The notes: generated by a model not told the origin, from the letters alone. A DNA stretch of 64,000 nucleotides from Gammaproteobacteria bacterium (GCA_965277715.1 OZ255836.1:2624001-2688000), one strand, 5' to 3'. Positions 20,148-30,105 are shown, numbered from the stretch's first letter. Made by a program: numbers and translations.

Positions 20148-20187
20148 TGTTATCGAGGATTCGTTCCTCGATAACAGGCTGTTAGGT
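20148..20187 (+). other. attI site of the intact integron
   Basis: GTTAGGT core at 20181-20187 is complementary to ACCTAAC of first attC; preceded by inverted repeat tgttatcgagga/tcctcgataaca. Confidence 0.75.
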
Positions 20188-20271
20188 TTTCATTCGGCAC
20201 AATGGATCCCTAGTACATAAAACCAGTGCCAAATACTCCAGGAGATAGAGATACAAAGTAATTTTAACGAT

Positions 20272-21051
20272 ATGAGTTCGAACGAAGCAATAGAATTTGA
20301 CTCGAAAAACAACCCGGTATTTTCTGATATTAACGAAGCGATACGAAAGCATATAGAAAAAACATTTGACGACAAAGAGGCTATCCGGTGGATGTCTGAA
20401 TCATTTTTGAAGGAGGGGTATATTAAGGTAAGCAATATTGTGCCTGATTCAGTTAAGAAGATTTTTGATGAAGAAGTGATGGCCTTATTATCTCAACATG
20501 CCAAGCGGAGGGATATTCACATAGAGGTTACCGACAATAGCCCAAGATTCATGAGCAATGTGCGGCAACAAGATATTGCAAAATATGGACAAGTAGTTCC
20601 TGCGGTATATCACTCTCCAGCCTTGCTAGATTTTATTAGCACATTCTCCAGAGAGAATATTATCCCTAACCCTTGGGAATATGAAAAATTTATTATTAAT
20701 CGGCAAGAACGTGTTGGGGATACGCATGGATGGCATTGGGGAGACTACCCTTACAGCATGATATGGATTGTTAAAGTCCCCGATATATCATATGGAGGCT
20801 TGCTTGAATGTGTTCCTCATACATATTGGGATAAAAAAAATCCAAAGATACAGGAGCATCTATTAAGGAATAACATTACTACTAAAGCTCATATAAGTGG
20901 TGATATATATATGTTGAAATCTGATACGACTTTGCATCGGGTTACCCCATTAATAAGGGATGCCACTCGAATAATAGTAAATATGGCTTGGGAGAGAGAA
21001 ATTGACAAGGATCGTGAAGTAACTCACGAAACTTTTGCCTTTAGAGATTAA
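20272..21051 (+). CDS. BesD/HalD-family Fe(II)/2-oxoglutarate amino-acid halogenase (cassette 1, gene 1)
   Basis: T.NSPRFM, GDTHGWHWGDY (H-X-G instead of H-X-D/E), GGLLECVPHT.W.K, LHRVTPL, RIIVNM. Confidence 0.82.
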   Translation: MSSNEAIEFDSKNNPVFSDINEAIRKHIEKTFDDKEAIRWMSESFLKEGYIKVSNIVPDSVKKIFDEEVMALLSQHAKRRDIHIEVTDNSPRFMSNVRQQDIAKYGQVVPAVYHSPALLDFISTFSRENIIPNPWEYEKFIINRQERVGDTHGWHWGDYPYSMIWIVKVPDISYGGLLECVPHTYWDKKNPKIQEHLLRNNITTKAHISGDIYMLKSDTTLHRVTPLIRDATRIIVNMAWEREIDKDREVTHETFAFRD

Positions 21052-21068
21052 TTGGTTATAGGTGTAGT

Positions 21069-22031
21069 ATGGATAAGTTACGCCCCCCCGATCTTTTTGA
21101 CTATGCGCTTTTGATTCTTCTTGGAGCTATGTTTGGAAGTAGTTTTTTACTAATGAAGGTTGCCGTTAGTACAGTCCCAACATTTCATGTGGTCTTCTTT
21201 AGACTACTGTTCGCATTTTTTGTGTTGTATGTTTTTGTGAGAATCAAAAAGCACAAATTCCCTTCAATACAGAATCGAGAGTTTTGGAAGGTATGTGTCG
21301 TTTTAGGCTTTACCGCTAATATTATTCCTTTTTCTTTAATTACTTGGGCAGAAAAAGAAATTGATAGTGGTTTGGCATCGATATATATGGCAACAATACC
21401 GGTTTTTTCTTTGCTACTGGCTCATACATTGACTAGTGATGAAAAATTAACCATACAGAAAGTGGTAGGGGTGTGCGTGGCTTTTGCTGGAGTAGTAATT
21501 CTTTTATGGGGAGAAGCAAGGGAGATTTCACAAAATCTTCTTGCACAAATGGCGTGTCTGTTGTCAGCGATATTTTATGCATATTCAAGAATTCTGGCTA
21601 AGACTATAGGAAATGAAAATCCAATAATTATTAGTTCAGGGGTTCTTTTATGCGCCATTATTTTTATGGTGCCTCTGATATTTTTGTCGGGAAATCCCAC
21701 TACTATAAATCCATCTAGTGAATCTATTTTTGCAATAATATTGCTCGGCATATTCCCAACTGCATTAGCGTTCGTAATTTTGTACAGATTAATACATGAT
21801 GTTGGGGCTGTGTTTATGACAAGCGTTAATTACTTGGTGCCAGTTTTCGCCATCATTTGGGGGTATTTCATACTGTCAGAAAGTATAAATGAAAGGGCTA
21901 TTCTAGCGCTTGTCTTTATTTTTTCGGGAGTATTGTTCATGTCCAAAACCATTTTTACTATTGGAAAGTTTTCACAATGGAACCTAACAAGGCGCTCAAC
22001 AGGGACGCGCAAAAAGCCGCGCGCCCGTTAG
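21069..22031 (+). CDS. DMT/EamA family transporter (cassette 1, gene 2)
   Basis: ~10 TM segments in two EamA repeats; GSSF, PFSLITWAE, VNYLVPVFAIIWG; ORF ends inside attC. Confidence 0.9.
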   Translation: MDKLRPPDLFDYALLILLGAMFGSSFLLMKVAVSTVPTFHVVFFRLLFAFFVLYVFVRIKKHKFPSIQNREFWKVCVVLGFTANIIPFSLITWAEKEIDSGLASIYMATIPVFSLLLAHTLTSDEKLTIQKVVGVCVAFAGVVILLWGEAREISQNLLAQMACLLSAIFYAYSRILAKTIGNENPIIISSGVLLCAIIFMVPLIFLSGNPTTINPSSESIFAIILLGIFPTALAFVILYRLIHDVGAVFMTSVNYLVPVFAIIWGYFILSESINERAILALVFIFSGVLFMSKTIFTIGKFSQWNLTRRSTGTRKKPRAR

Positions 22032-22044
22032 CTTTGCGTTATGT
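21982..22044 (+). repeat. attC site 1
   Basis: ACCTAAC...imperfect palindrome...GTTATGT, 63 bp. Confidence 0.9.
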
Positions 22045-22070
22045 GAATCCGTAAAACTAAGGAATATAAA

Positions 22071-22505
22071 ATGTCATACATTCAAGACTCTCTATCAAAA
22101 GGCGAAGAAATCTATCAGGTATTTGAACATCATTGGATTGTGAAGTTCTTTCTCCTTATTCATATTGCCATGTGTCTAACTATCATATGGATACCAGTTG
22201 CTCTTTTTTACTGGTTAGGCTGGAAATTCACAGAGCAAGGTGTAACGAATAAAAGGATAATCTATAAACACGGTATTATTTCGAGAAAAACTGATGAGAT
22301 GCGCCTCGCGGCCATTGAGTCAGTAATGATCAAGCAGGGTATTATTGGCCGCATTCTCGGCTTTGGTAAAGTCGTCATCACTGGTCGTGGTGCTGGAGAC
22401 GTGGTTATAAAATGGATGGCTGATCCAATGAGAGTAAAGCGTGAAATTGAAAGTGCAGAACATGAAACTCCTGCTCATGTATCTCAACAAGCCGAGCTGG
22501 CATAA
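22071..22505 (+). CDS. Bacterial PH domain (bPH_2) membrane protein (cassette 2)
   Basis: VTNKRIIYKHGIISR...IESV...QGIIGRILGFGKVVI.G.G. Confidence 0.85.
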   Translation: MSYIQDSLSKGEEIYQVFEHHWIVKFFLLIHIAMCLTIIWIPVALFYWLGWKFTEQGVTNKRIIYKHGIISRKTDEMRLAAIESVMIKQGIIGRILGFGKVVITGRGAGDVVIKWMADPMRVKREIESAEHETPAHVSQQAELA

Positions 22506-22508
22506 ATC

Positions 22509-22584
22509 ACATAACAAATTTAGGCAATCGGACAAATTACTGCGCCTTCGGCTCCGTAATTTTCCGTTGCTAAAGGCGTTATGT
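22509..22584 (+). repeat. attC site 2
   Basis: ACATAAC...GTTATGT with internal hairpin. Confidence 0.9.
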
Positions 22585-22622
22585 GCTTTCAGGGCACCCG
22601 AACTATCAATGGAATACATAGA

Positions 22623-23789
22623 ATGCCAATATTTACCGGACTAAATTTGAAACCGCAACTTATTGCTATTTTACTTTGGTCTATATCTTTGCAAGTTCTG
22701 GCGTCTGAAAAAACGATTACCTGTAATGATGCTATAAATAGCGCAGCAGAACTAAACGCCTATGATTTGTGGAGTGGTGCTGGCGACTGTTCTAAGTCAA
22801 ACTTAAAACGTGAAACAAATTTTCTTTTAATTGCTGGTCAAATTCGCGCAATGTCTGATATGAGTGTGTTAGAGCCAGCTTCAGATGAAGAGGGTGTGAA
22901 GGTCGGTGATTTGTATGGGGTCCTTTACTACAAATCTGGGGGTTCAGGTTTCGATGAAATTTATAGAGATGCTATCGAATTTGGTCAACTTTTTCGGGAT
23001 CTAGAAAGCTGGACCGCAAAACTTCACAAAAAATACAATCCTGGATGGGAATATAAGGCCAATATTGACCCCACCTATTATGACCAAATGACTATATGTC
23101 AAAAAAAGCTTCGTATTTCTAAATTAAAGTGGTATTCGAACCTAGTCCGAAACGACAAGTATTATGAACTGAGTACACAGCTTTCTAAGTTACAGGCAGA
23201 TAATTCAGGAGCGTTTCAGGTTGGGACTGAAACATACAAGCAGTATCAGAGCATAAGCTCCAAAATAAATTCTGTTAGTTCAAAAATATCAAAACCGAAA
23301 GTTAACCCTAAAGAGTGCGACTTCATTCAACCGTTCAGACCAGATCCAAATGCTAGCTTTAAGCAAATATACAAGGGTTATAATGGCCCCGATAATAGTA
23401 GAGCTAGTGTATTCAAATCGGACGCGGAAATTAGAGGTTCTTGGCTTGGTAGAGCGATTAAAAAATCGAATTTGGATAATTTGTTGGCTAAAATAGATTT
23501 CGATAAGAAAATTGTCGTTTCTCTAAGTTTTGGAAATCGAAAAACAGCAACAGGAACTATCCATATATCGGATGTAAAATTCAATACTGTATACAAAAGC
23601 CTCTCCGTTGCTGGTCTTGTCGGAGTTGTTGGACAATCCTGCACCAAGAGCCAACTAGATTCTTATCCTTTTGCATTGGCAATCGCTGATATACCTCCTG
23701 TCGAAATCTATTATCCGAGTATCTCTATACAAAATTTCGCGGACGGATGCAAAGAAGTGGTTTCGAGTAAGGGGGTCTTAGATGATTAG
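22623..23789 (+). CDS. Hypothetical exported protein (cassette 3)
   Basis: 389-codon ORF with signal-peptide-like N-terminus between attC2 and attC3. Confidence 0.8.
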   Translation: MPIFTGLNLKPQLIAILLWSISLQVLASEKTITCNDAINSAAELNAYDLWSGAGDCSKSNLKRETNFLLIAGQIRAMSDMSVLEPASDEEGVKVGDLYGVLYYKSGGSGFDEIYRDAIEFGQLFRDLESWTAKLHKKYNPGWEYKANIDPTYYDQMTICQKKLRISKLKWYSNLVRNDKYYELSTQLSKLQADNSGAFQVGTETYKQYQSISSKINSVSSKISKPKVNPKECDFIQPFRPDPNASFKQIYKGYNGPDNSRASVFKSDAEIRGSWLGRAIKKSNLDNLLAKIDFDKKIVVSLSFGNRKTATGTIHISDVKFNTVYKSLSVAGLVGVVGQSCTKSQLDSYPFALAIADIPPVEIYYPSISIQNFADGCKEVVSSKGVLDD

Positions 23790-23816
23790 CTTAAAGGTTG
23801 TGTCTGGAAGTCTGGC

Positions 23817-23876
23817 ACATAACAAAAACAGTCAAGGCGACGCCAAAAAGCGGCGCGCTTGCTGTAAGCGTTAGCA
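23817..23876 (+). repeat. attC site 3
   Basis: ACATAAC...GTTAGCA, 60 bp. Confidence 0.88.
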
Positions 23877-24103
23877 CGATGAAAGAAATGAAGAAAATTC
23901 TCACCTTAGTATTAATGCTTGTTCCTCTTGTTTTATCTGCCGCTGAGTATCCGTCACTACTCAAAGTTCCGGTAGGCGAAAGATTTTCCCACCCTCAAGG
24001 GATGCAAAACAAAGATAAAGGTGGGCCTACAACTCAATTCCGAGTGCCAAATCATGGTAACATTTCATCTATTTTTCCTGAGTATTCAATTGCCTATTTA
24101 AAT

Positions 24104-25644
24104 CATGGGTGTACCACTAGAATCCTACCAGGAAGCTAATAACGCAATGAATAACACCTGAAAAGAGCCGCCATAAGCTACAAATAGTATTTTTTATAAT
24201 ATTTGTACTGTTTTTTTATAAACCGATAACACGCTTTATAATTCATAAAATAAATAAAATTATCCAAAAAAACACTTGCATTCACCAGCAGAATTTTTTT
24301 TTAAAATACCCATTTAATATCTGATTAAATGGGCAAATTGAATATGAACGAAATGATGACCGTTGAAGAATATATCACCGAACACTGTAAAATAAGTATG
24401 GAAAAAGCAATTGCTGCTGAACGCTTCCCTTTATGGAAAAGATCATGCGATGCCATTGATGACGTAGCTTTTTCTCGCCATGGGTTACTTCGCTGTATAA
24501 GTCTTGTACATAGTGGTCGTCACTATCTACAGGTTACGGATGAAATATACGACGAGACAATTTGTCATTCAAGCTATTTTAACGCATTAAAGTCGACAAG
24601 ACGGATGAAGATGATGGAAGCCATGGAAAAGCAAAGCTATCAACTGCAAAGTGAGAAATTATCTTCTTTGGACATTGATTATTTAAAACAATTTCCTGAA
24701 CTTGAAGAATATCGAGTAGAAGCAGCTGATGGTCATTTTATACAGCATGCTTGTCACACAGAGAAAAATCGTCAGGGCAACGTCTTCGCAGCAGGCTTTA
24801 TTCATGCCTTGAACCTCAGAAATGGACTTCTAAGACCACTTTGTGTCGTGACTAACGGTACTGAACGACACCAGGAAATACCCGCGTTACGTTCTTATAT
24901 TGAACAACGTTGTGGCGAAAAAGAGACTTGGCAAAAGCACCTCTATATATACGATAAGGCGGTGACTGATTATGCATGGTGGGAAAAGCAAAAACAGCAT
25001 CAGAATTTTATGATTTCAGTACTCAAAGAAAATGCGGTTGCAACTTTTGTCAACTCTATACCCTATGACCAGGGTAGTGAAATTAATACAGGGGTTGAAG
25101 GCTATAGTGTATATAAAAATAAAAAGGTCCAATTTCATATTGTTAAATACCGCGACCCAGAAACAGGTCAATTACATCAATTTATTTCAACGCTACCAGA
25201 GTCAATTAACCCAGGCACTATTGCTATGCTCTATTACAAGCGTTGGACGATAGAAAAATCATTCAACAATAGTAAAAGTGATTTCACCGAAAGAAAAGCC
25301 TGGTCTTCAAACCTGAATGCGCTGAACAGTCAAATGCGTTTTACTGCCATGGCCTATAATATCATGCGTATTTTTGAAGAAACATCAAAAACAAAGAACC
25401 TGGAATGTATTCATCCATCTGATAAAAAATACACTAAAATGCTTGATAAGAGACAACAAATTGCCCAGAAAAAAGGCGGCTTTGTTAATCCATTGTTTTT
25501 TTACGCTAGAATTACCCGTATATGCTCATTCACCATCCGCTCTCTGCAAAATGCAATAATGACAAGAAAGTCCCTTAGAACTATTATGCATAGCTTAGTG
25601 AGGCATTTAAAACCTCGACAGCCAGGAATTTTGAAACACTGATG
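24104..25644 (+). mobile_element. IS4-family insertion sequence
   Basis: CAT...ATG ends with imperfect IRs; 8-bp target duplication atttaaat (24096-24103, 25645-25652). Confidence 0.88.
24329..25642 (+). CDS. IS4-family DDE transposase
   Basis: AADGH, YDKA, YYKRWTIEKSFNNSK (YREK motif). Confidence 0.9.
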   Translation: MGKLNMNEMMTVEEYITEHCKISMEKAIAAERFPLWKRSCDAIDDVAFSRHGLLRCISLVHSGRHYLQVTDEIYDETICHSSYFNALKSTRRMKMMEAMEKQSYQLQSEKLSSLDIDYLKQFPELEEYRVEAADGHFIQHACHTEKNRQGNVFAAGFIHALNLRNGLLRPLCVVTNGTERHQEIPALRSYIEQRCGEKETWQKHLYIYDKAVTDYAWWEKQKQHQNFMISVLKENAVATFVNSIPYDQGSEINTGVEGYSVYKNKKVQFHIVKYRDPETGQLHQFISTLPESINPGTIAMLYYKRWTIEKSFNNSKSDFTERKAWSSNLNALNSQMRFTAMAYNIMRIFEETSKTKNLECIHPSDKKYTKMLDKRQQIAQKKGGFVNPLFFYARITRICSFTIRSLQNAIMTRKSLRTIMHSLVRHLKPRQPGILKH

Positions 25645-25958
25645 ATTTAAATGCAACAGGTCACGTGGTAATAGTAACAGCAGAAAAGGCAGTTAAAAAT
25701 TGGGAAGAATGTGAGAGCCTGGAAGAGAAGGCATCGCTGCTAATCAGTCAAGCATTTCCTAACTATAAGAGTTCACCCGTTTCCAATAGTCAGCTTGGCG
25801 CTCCCGGCGAGTTTTCGTTAGAATCAGCAGATACTTACTACGTGCTTCGGTGTAAAGGTTCGTATGGCCCGTTTGCATACCTTCATTTTCAAATTCGCAG
25901 CAAGAGCCAAAATATAGAGTTAAAAAATGCATGGGATGAATACTTCAAAAAGCAATAG

Positions 25959-26039
25959 TGCTAACAAGGCACTCAAAATCGCCCACAAAAAGCGTGGGCT
26001 GGGACGCGCTAACGCGCGCCCTTTAGTGCGACGTTATGC
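25959..26039 (+). repeat. attC site 4
   Basis: TGCTAAC (complement of the GTTAGCA starting cassette 4)...GTTATGC. Confidence 0.9.
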
Positions 26040-26054
26040 ATCAGGAAGAGTGAA

Positions 26055-26393
26055 GTGAAATATCTAGGAATAGCCGTTTTATCAGCATTTCTGTCAGCAT
26101 GTGCAATTTGGGCTCCAGGAAAAGACCCTCGTGGTGAAAAGGTCGTTTCTAATGCAAACGAAGTGCTTTCAGCCTTGAATAAATATGCAATTGAAAATTC
26201 GGTGTATCCAAACTCATTAAATGATCTTGTTCCGAATTACATCAAGGCAATACCTAGGGAACCGTCCATGCTCTACAAAGCAGATGAAGGTAGTCTTTTC
26301 TTCACTTATTCACCTTCTTGGCCACAGCAAGGTAACGTTTCATGTGGTGCAAAAATCGGTGATAAAACTGTAGGTTGTATTGGGTACATATAA
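26055..26393 (+). CDS. Putative lipoprotein (cassette 5)
   Basis: Lipobox LSAC; YP..L..LVP.Y segment resembling pseudopilin-like proteins. Confidence 0.75.
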   Translation: MKYLGIAVLSAFLSACAIWAPGKDPRGEKVVSNANEVLSALNKYAIENSVYPNSLNDLVPNYIKAIPREPSMLYKADEGSLFFTYSPSWPQQGNVSCGAKIGDKTVGCIGYI

Positions 26394-26396
26394 AAT

Positions 26397-26495
26397 GCAT
26401 AACAAGTTGCTCAAGTGCTCTCCGGTCGCAAAAGACGCGGCCTCCGCGGGACAACCTACACTACGTTTCGGTTGCCCCTTAGCAAAGCGTTAAAT
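26397..26495 (+). repeat. attC site 5
   Basis: GCATAAC...GTTAAAT, 99 bp. Confidence 0.85.
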
Positions 26496-26574
26496 GCTAT
26501 GAAGAATCTCGTACTACTACTTCTTTCTATCAGCCTTTTACCGGGATGTACTATCTCGGCAGACAATCATCACT

Positions 26575-27892
26575 GGTTCTTCCCCGATTATTGTGAAGCC
26601 ACTGGTTCCCTATCCAGCTTTCCGCAGTAAAACAAAATACTCCGCCGGTAGCTTTCAAACGAACGAAACCCTCTTGCATTCGATTTGACCATCTGAATGT
26701 TTGAATTCAAACCCTCTGACACGGCATTACTTATTGTGTGCTTAAACCATGTCAATATGTTCGGCATGTGCGTTTTTATCATCTTGGCCACTTTCTTTAT
26801 GCTGTCCAATCGGCACCGAATTGCCCACGCATACCATGCGCTAAAGAAACGCTTTGCCCAACCCGCTGTCTTATACGTCCAAAAATCACGAAACAGTTCT
26901 TTTATCGCCCAGGCTCGGGCTGTCAATAACTGATCATGCTTGAGTGACTCAAAGTGCTCGGCTGCTTTGTTAGACAAATTTTCTTCATTTTTTAACCAGT
27001 GATAACGACTCTTTTTCAATCGAGTATCACCCTGTGACAAAAGGTCTCTATGTTCGTCACGACGGACCTGATCCACCGCCTTATTCAGGTGTTGGCTAAT
27101 ATGAAAACGGTCGTGAACAATCGCACTGTCTGACAGTTTTACCTCAATGGCATTAATGAACGCAGGCCACCTATCAATAGCGACAGCTTTCACCTGTTCT
27201 CGCTGGTTATCCGTCAGCGCAACCTCCAACGCCTCCTCACAAGCTGCCTGGGTGCGATCTTTCACTCCATCCAATACTCGCCCTCCATCGATATCATTGA
27301 TGAGCGTCACATAGTCATGCCCTTTACGGTGGGACTTCTCATCAATACCCAGGTACTCAATTGTCACCAATTCCCGACGCGAAAGTCCCCGTTCGACAGC
27401 GCGGGCTTTGATGGCTTCCACCGCGTTCCAGCTAAGCCCCAGTAACTTACGCGCCTCTTCGACGCTACGTGAGGCTTGCAACACCCTGATAGAAAATAAT
27501 TCAAACAACAACGTAAAACGACTGCGCTTGCTTGCCCAGGGTAACACCATACTTTTAACACCATGCTCCAGACAATTTACTCGGGGAATGCGACTGTGTA
27601 GGCGCGTTTCAAACTGCATAGTATCCAGGTGTCTCCAGGATCGCTCTTGTGAACGGTGATCATAGAGCGGACTCACTTCGCCACAGTGCGAGCAAGGGCC
27701 GTGGTTGCCGCTAAACGCCAACGAAATGGATACTTTTAACCCTGAAGGGTCTAAATCAACTGACACCACTGACCAGTCATCTGTCAGGCCCAGGAGCTAG
27801 CTGTAGTGTTCTTCAAGGCTCGATAGCACCGGAGTCTCTCAATAGCAAAGGGGGATGAAATACTATAACCTCACACAAACCGGGGAAGAACC
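26575..27892 (-). mobile_element. ISL3-family insertion sequence
   Basis: TIRs ggttcttccccg/cggggaagaacc; 8-bp target duplication tcatcact. Confidence 0.93.
26588..27829 (-). pseudogene. ISL3 transposase with nonsense codon at codon 11
   Basis: CxxC...WRHLD...PRV.C..HG, GIDE, DRFH, SEGLNS.I motifs; TAG at 27797-27799 where the 7.3-kb copy has CAG. Confidence 0.8.
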
Positions 27893-28220
27893 TCATCACT
27901 TTAAGGTGAATGACTATATTTCAAAGTCGTACAACGATTTTGATAACACCTGGTGCTTCATAGTCAAACATGCTTCGGAAGTTGTTATGTGTTCATTTCC
28001 TTACGAAAGTCACTCGAAATCTATCGGTTTCATTTTTCCAGTTGTCCCGCAAACTGATCGAGATTCGCGATTAGCCTATGATATTGTCAGGAGTCGTAAT
28101 GTTCAATTCAAAAACATAAGCCCACTACCCACCGGGTTTCAAGTTTGCCCTGGCAAAAGGAAGGAAAGGGGTCAGGAAAGGGGTCAGAGGAAAGGGGTCA
28201 GGCAAGTTATTTACTTTATG

Positions 28221-29253
28221 AAAGGGGTCAGGCAAGTTATTTACTATTTAACTGATTTTCAATTTGATGCATCACCTCTTTAAGTTCCCCCTTGTCTAGC
28301 GCCTTCTTGACGTGAGCTATTGCACTCGACACACCACCAGGGTGACTTAACCCAAAATGTTGAGTAATCGCCTTTAACGACATATCACCAAACCGCTGGC
28401 AGTAGTACATGGCCAATTTGCGGGGAATGTTCGCGCTACCTCCCTTACCTTGACTATCCGAAATACTGCCTTCACTCACTCGGCAACAATTTGCCACCGT
28501 TTTTACTATCACACTGCTGGCTACCTTTTCCCGCAATTGGGGCCGCACATCAACGCCACTCTGGCTTTCTTTGTACTCGACCAACTGTGAGCGGAACACC
28601 TTGTCACCTAACACCGTCGATAGGTTATTTTTGCCGTAAAAGCGCTGTATATCCTCATCAATCCCTTGGTCTACATAGTCTGTGTAACATTGACAGTCGT
28701 TTTTCACCGGTAAACAGGCATAAACACGATCACGACACAACCAAGCAGGGCTCAATGCTTTTCCTATGTAAGCCGGGTAACTAGACCAGGGATAGTTCTT
28801 TAGCGATTGAATCAGAGGTCGTTTAGTCTCAATGGGGTTTCTATGTATATAGCGAGACAGGGGTAATAGATACGCATCTTCATCGACATTGATGGCTTTA
28901 AATCGCCCTCTAAACTGAGGGCCATCCGTTTTTTTAAGGCAGTTATAACGCTGTGTATAGACACCATCGATATGTTGCATAATGCGACTGAGGTTAGCAT
29001 CAGGCGTTTCCAGCAGTAGGTGGTAGTGGTTGCCCATTAGGCAATAAGCGTGAATCACGGCGTGAAAACGCTCTGCGGCTTCGGTCAATGTGGCGAGAAA
29101 CGCTTGGTAGTAAGCTTCGCTATGAAAAACTGTCTTACGCTCCCGACCACGGTTCATTATATGGTAGAAGGCGTTTTCATATTCTATGCGGTGAGGTCTT
29201 GGCATGGGGTGATATTGACATAATCTATGATAAATAACTAGCCTGACCCCTTT
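28221..29253 (-). mobile_element. Y1/RAYT-like transposase element, copy 1, with 23-bp terminal inverted repeats
   Basis: aaaggggtcaggcaagttattta ... taaataactagcctgaccccttt; extra tandem end copies at 28165-28213. Confidence 0.8.
28237..29205 (-). CDS. Y1 (IS200/RAYT-like) HUH transposase with C-terminal DnaA-like HTH
   Basis: MPRPHR..YHIMNRG, YCLMGNHYHLL (HUH), YIHRNP, YPWSSY; C-terminal R.LAMY...SL..I...FG. Confidence 0.9.
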   Translation of the reverse strand: MPRPHRIEYENAFYHIMNRGRERKTVFHSEAYYQAFLATLTEAAERFHAVIHAYCLMGNHYHLLLETPDANLSRIMQHIDGVYTQRYNCLKKTDGPQFRGRFKAINVDEDAYLLPLSRYIHRNPIETKRPLIQSLKNYPWSSYPAYIGKALSPAWLCRDRVYACLPVKNDCQCYTDYVDQGIDEDIQRFYGKNNLSTVLGDKVFRSQLVEYKESQSGVDVRPQLREKVASSVIVKTVANCCRVSEGSISDSQGKGGSANIPRKLAMYYCQRFGDMSLKAITQHFGLSHPGGVSSAIAHVKKALDKGELKEVMHQIENQLNSK

Positions 29254-29271
29254 AGACCTTTTAGAAGCTTT

Positions 29272-29730
29272 TTAGTAAACACCTGCTCTAATATCTATTA
29301 GTTTTCCACGCAGGCTTTTACCAATACCTTTTTGCTCGATTAAGTCATCAAGCCTACTCACTATTTCGTGAAATAAATTTTCATCACAAATAACCGAATC
29401 TCCGTCTATCACGACAGCGTATCCACAAGGAAGATCAGCCTCTACTGCAGCTATACTCCCACTTTCGAACTCTATCAAACTTATATAATGGAAGCGCAGT
29501 TCATCAGAAGGCTTCTTATTAGGCCAGCTTTCAACCAAAGGTCGGATATCTTTATAATCGAGTCCAAACTTATAATTATAATCACTCTTTATATCATCTT
29601 TTCCACGGACAAATAAAGATGTCCTCTCCAATCCATGATGGAATACAGTACCATCATAAAAAAAATCAAACCTAAAAAACCATATGCTGAGCACTAATAG
29701 AAATAGCGCCATAAGCAATAATGTTTTCAT
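29272..29730 (-). CDS. Hypothetical protein with N-terminal TM segment
   Basis: 152-aa AT-rich ORF. Confidence 0.6.
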   Translation of the reverse strand: MKTLLLMALFLLVLSIWFFRFDFFYDGTVFHHGLERTSLFVRGKDDIKSDYNYKFGLDYKDIRPLVESWPNKKPSDELRFHYISLIEFESGSIAAVEADLPCGYAVVIDGDSVICDENLFHEIVSRLDDLIEQKGIGKSLRGKLIDIRAGVY

Positions 29731-29754
29731 TTGAAAAGGGGGGCTTTTAGCTCT

Positions 29755-30099
29755 TCACCGGGTTCCACCCGACCTGATAGTTATATGCCCTTCATCTGTC
29801 CACGGAAACTCGGATAGATTTAGAAATATAGTATTTTTTGCCTTAAGAAGCGCCACTGATTCTAATGAAAAGTAACCGACGACCGCCACCAAAGATTCAG
29901 GCTCATTACCCTTGAGTCTTTTCAGTGCTTTCTCGACAAGCCAACTTTTCACAACATCTTTCCTATTGTGGGGAAATACTATCAAAGTGCACGCCTCAGA
30001 AAGTTGAGCCTCACAAGTAATAGCCAGACTTCTGTATTCTGTCGGCACACAATCTTTCAGCGATAAAGCGTCAATATTTTGTTCGATTCGAAATTTCAT
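29755..30099 (-). CDS. Hypothetical protein, first cassette of degenerate second integron
   Basis: ATG 7 bp after GTTAGCA crossover core; attC lost. Confidence 0.65.
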   Translation of the reverse strand: MKFRIEQNIDALSLKDCVPTEYRSLAITCEAQLSEACTLIVFPHNRKDVVKSWLVEKALKRLKGNEPESLVAVVGYFSLESVALLKAKNTIFLNLSEFPWTDEGHITIRSGGTR

Positions 30100-30105
30100 A
30101 TTGTC

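Larger units (their letters stand above)
23879..25958 (+). pseudogene. Exported hypothetical protein (cassette 4) split by IS4-family element
   Basis: Removing the IS and one atttaaat copy rejoins ...SIAYLN|ATGHVVIVTAEK... in frame. Confidence 0.85.
26499..28160 (+). pseudogene. Putative lipoprotein (cassette 6) split by ISL3 and truncated at the Y1 element
   Basis: MKNLVLLLLSISLLPGC...DNHH|FKVNDYISK... rejoins in frame across ISL3; no attC follows. Confidence 0.75.

Noticed and set aside
21982-26495. Recurring palindromes as a CRISPR array
   Set aside because: They are variable-length attC sites separated by whole genes; no identical repeats with short spacers and no cas genes.
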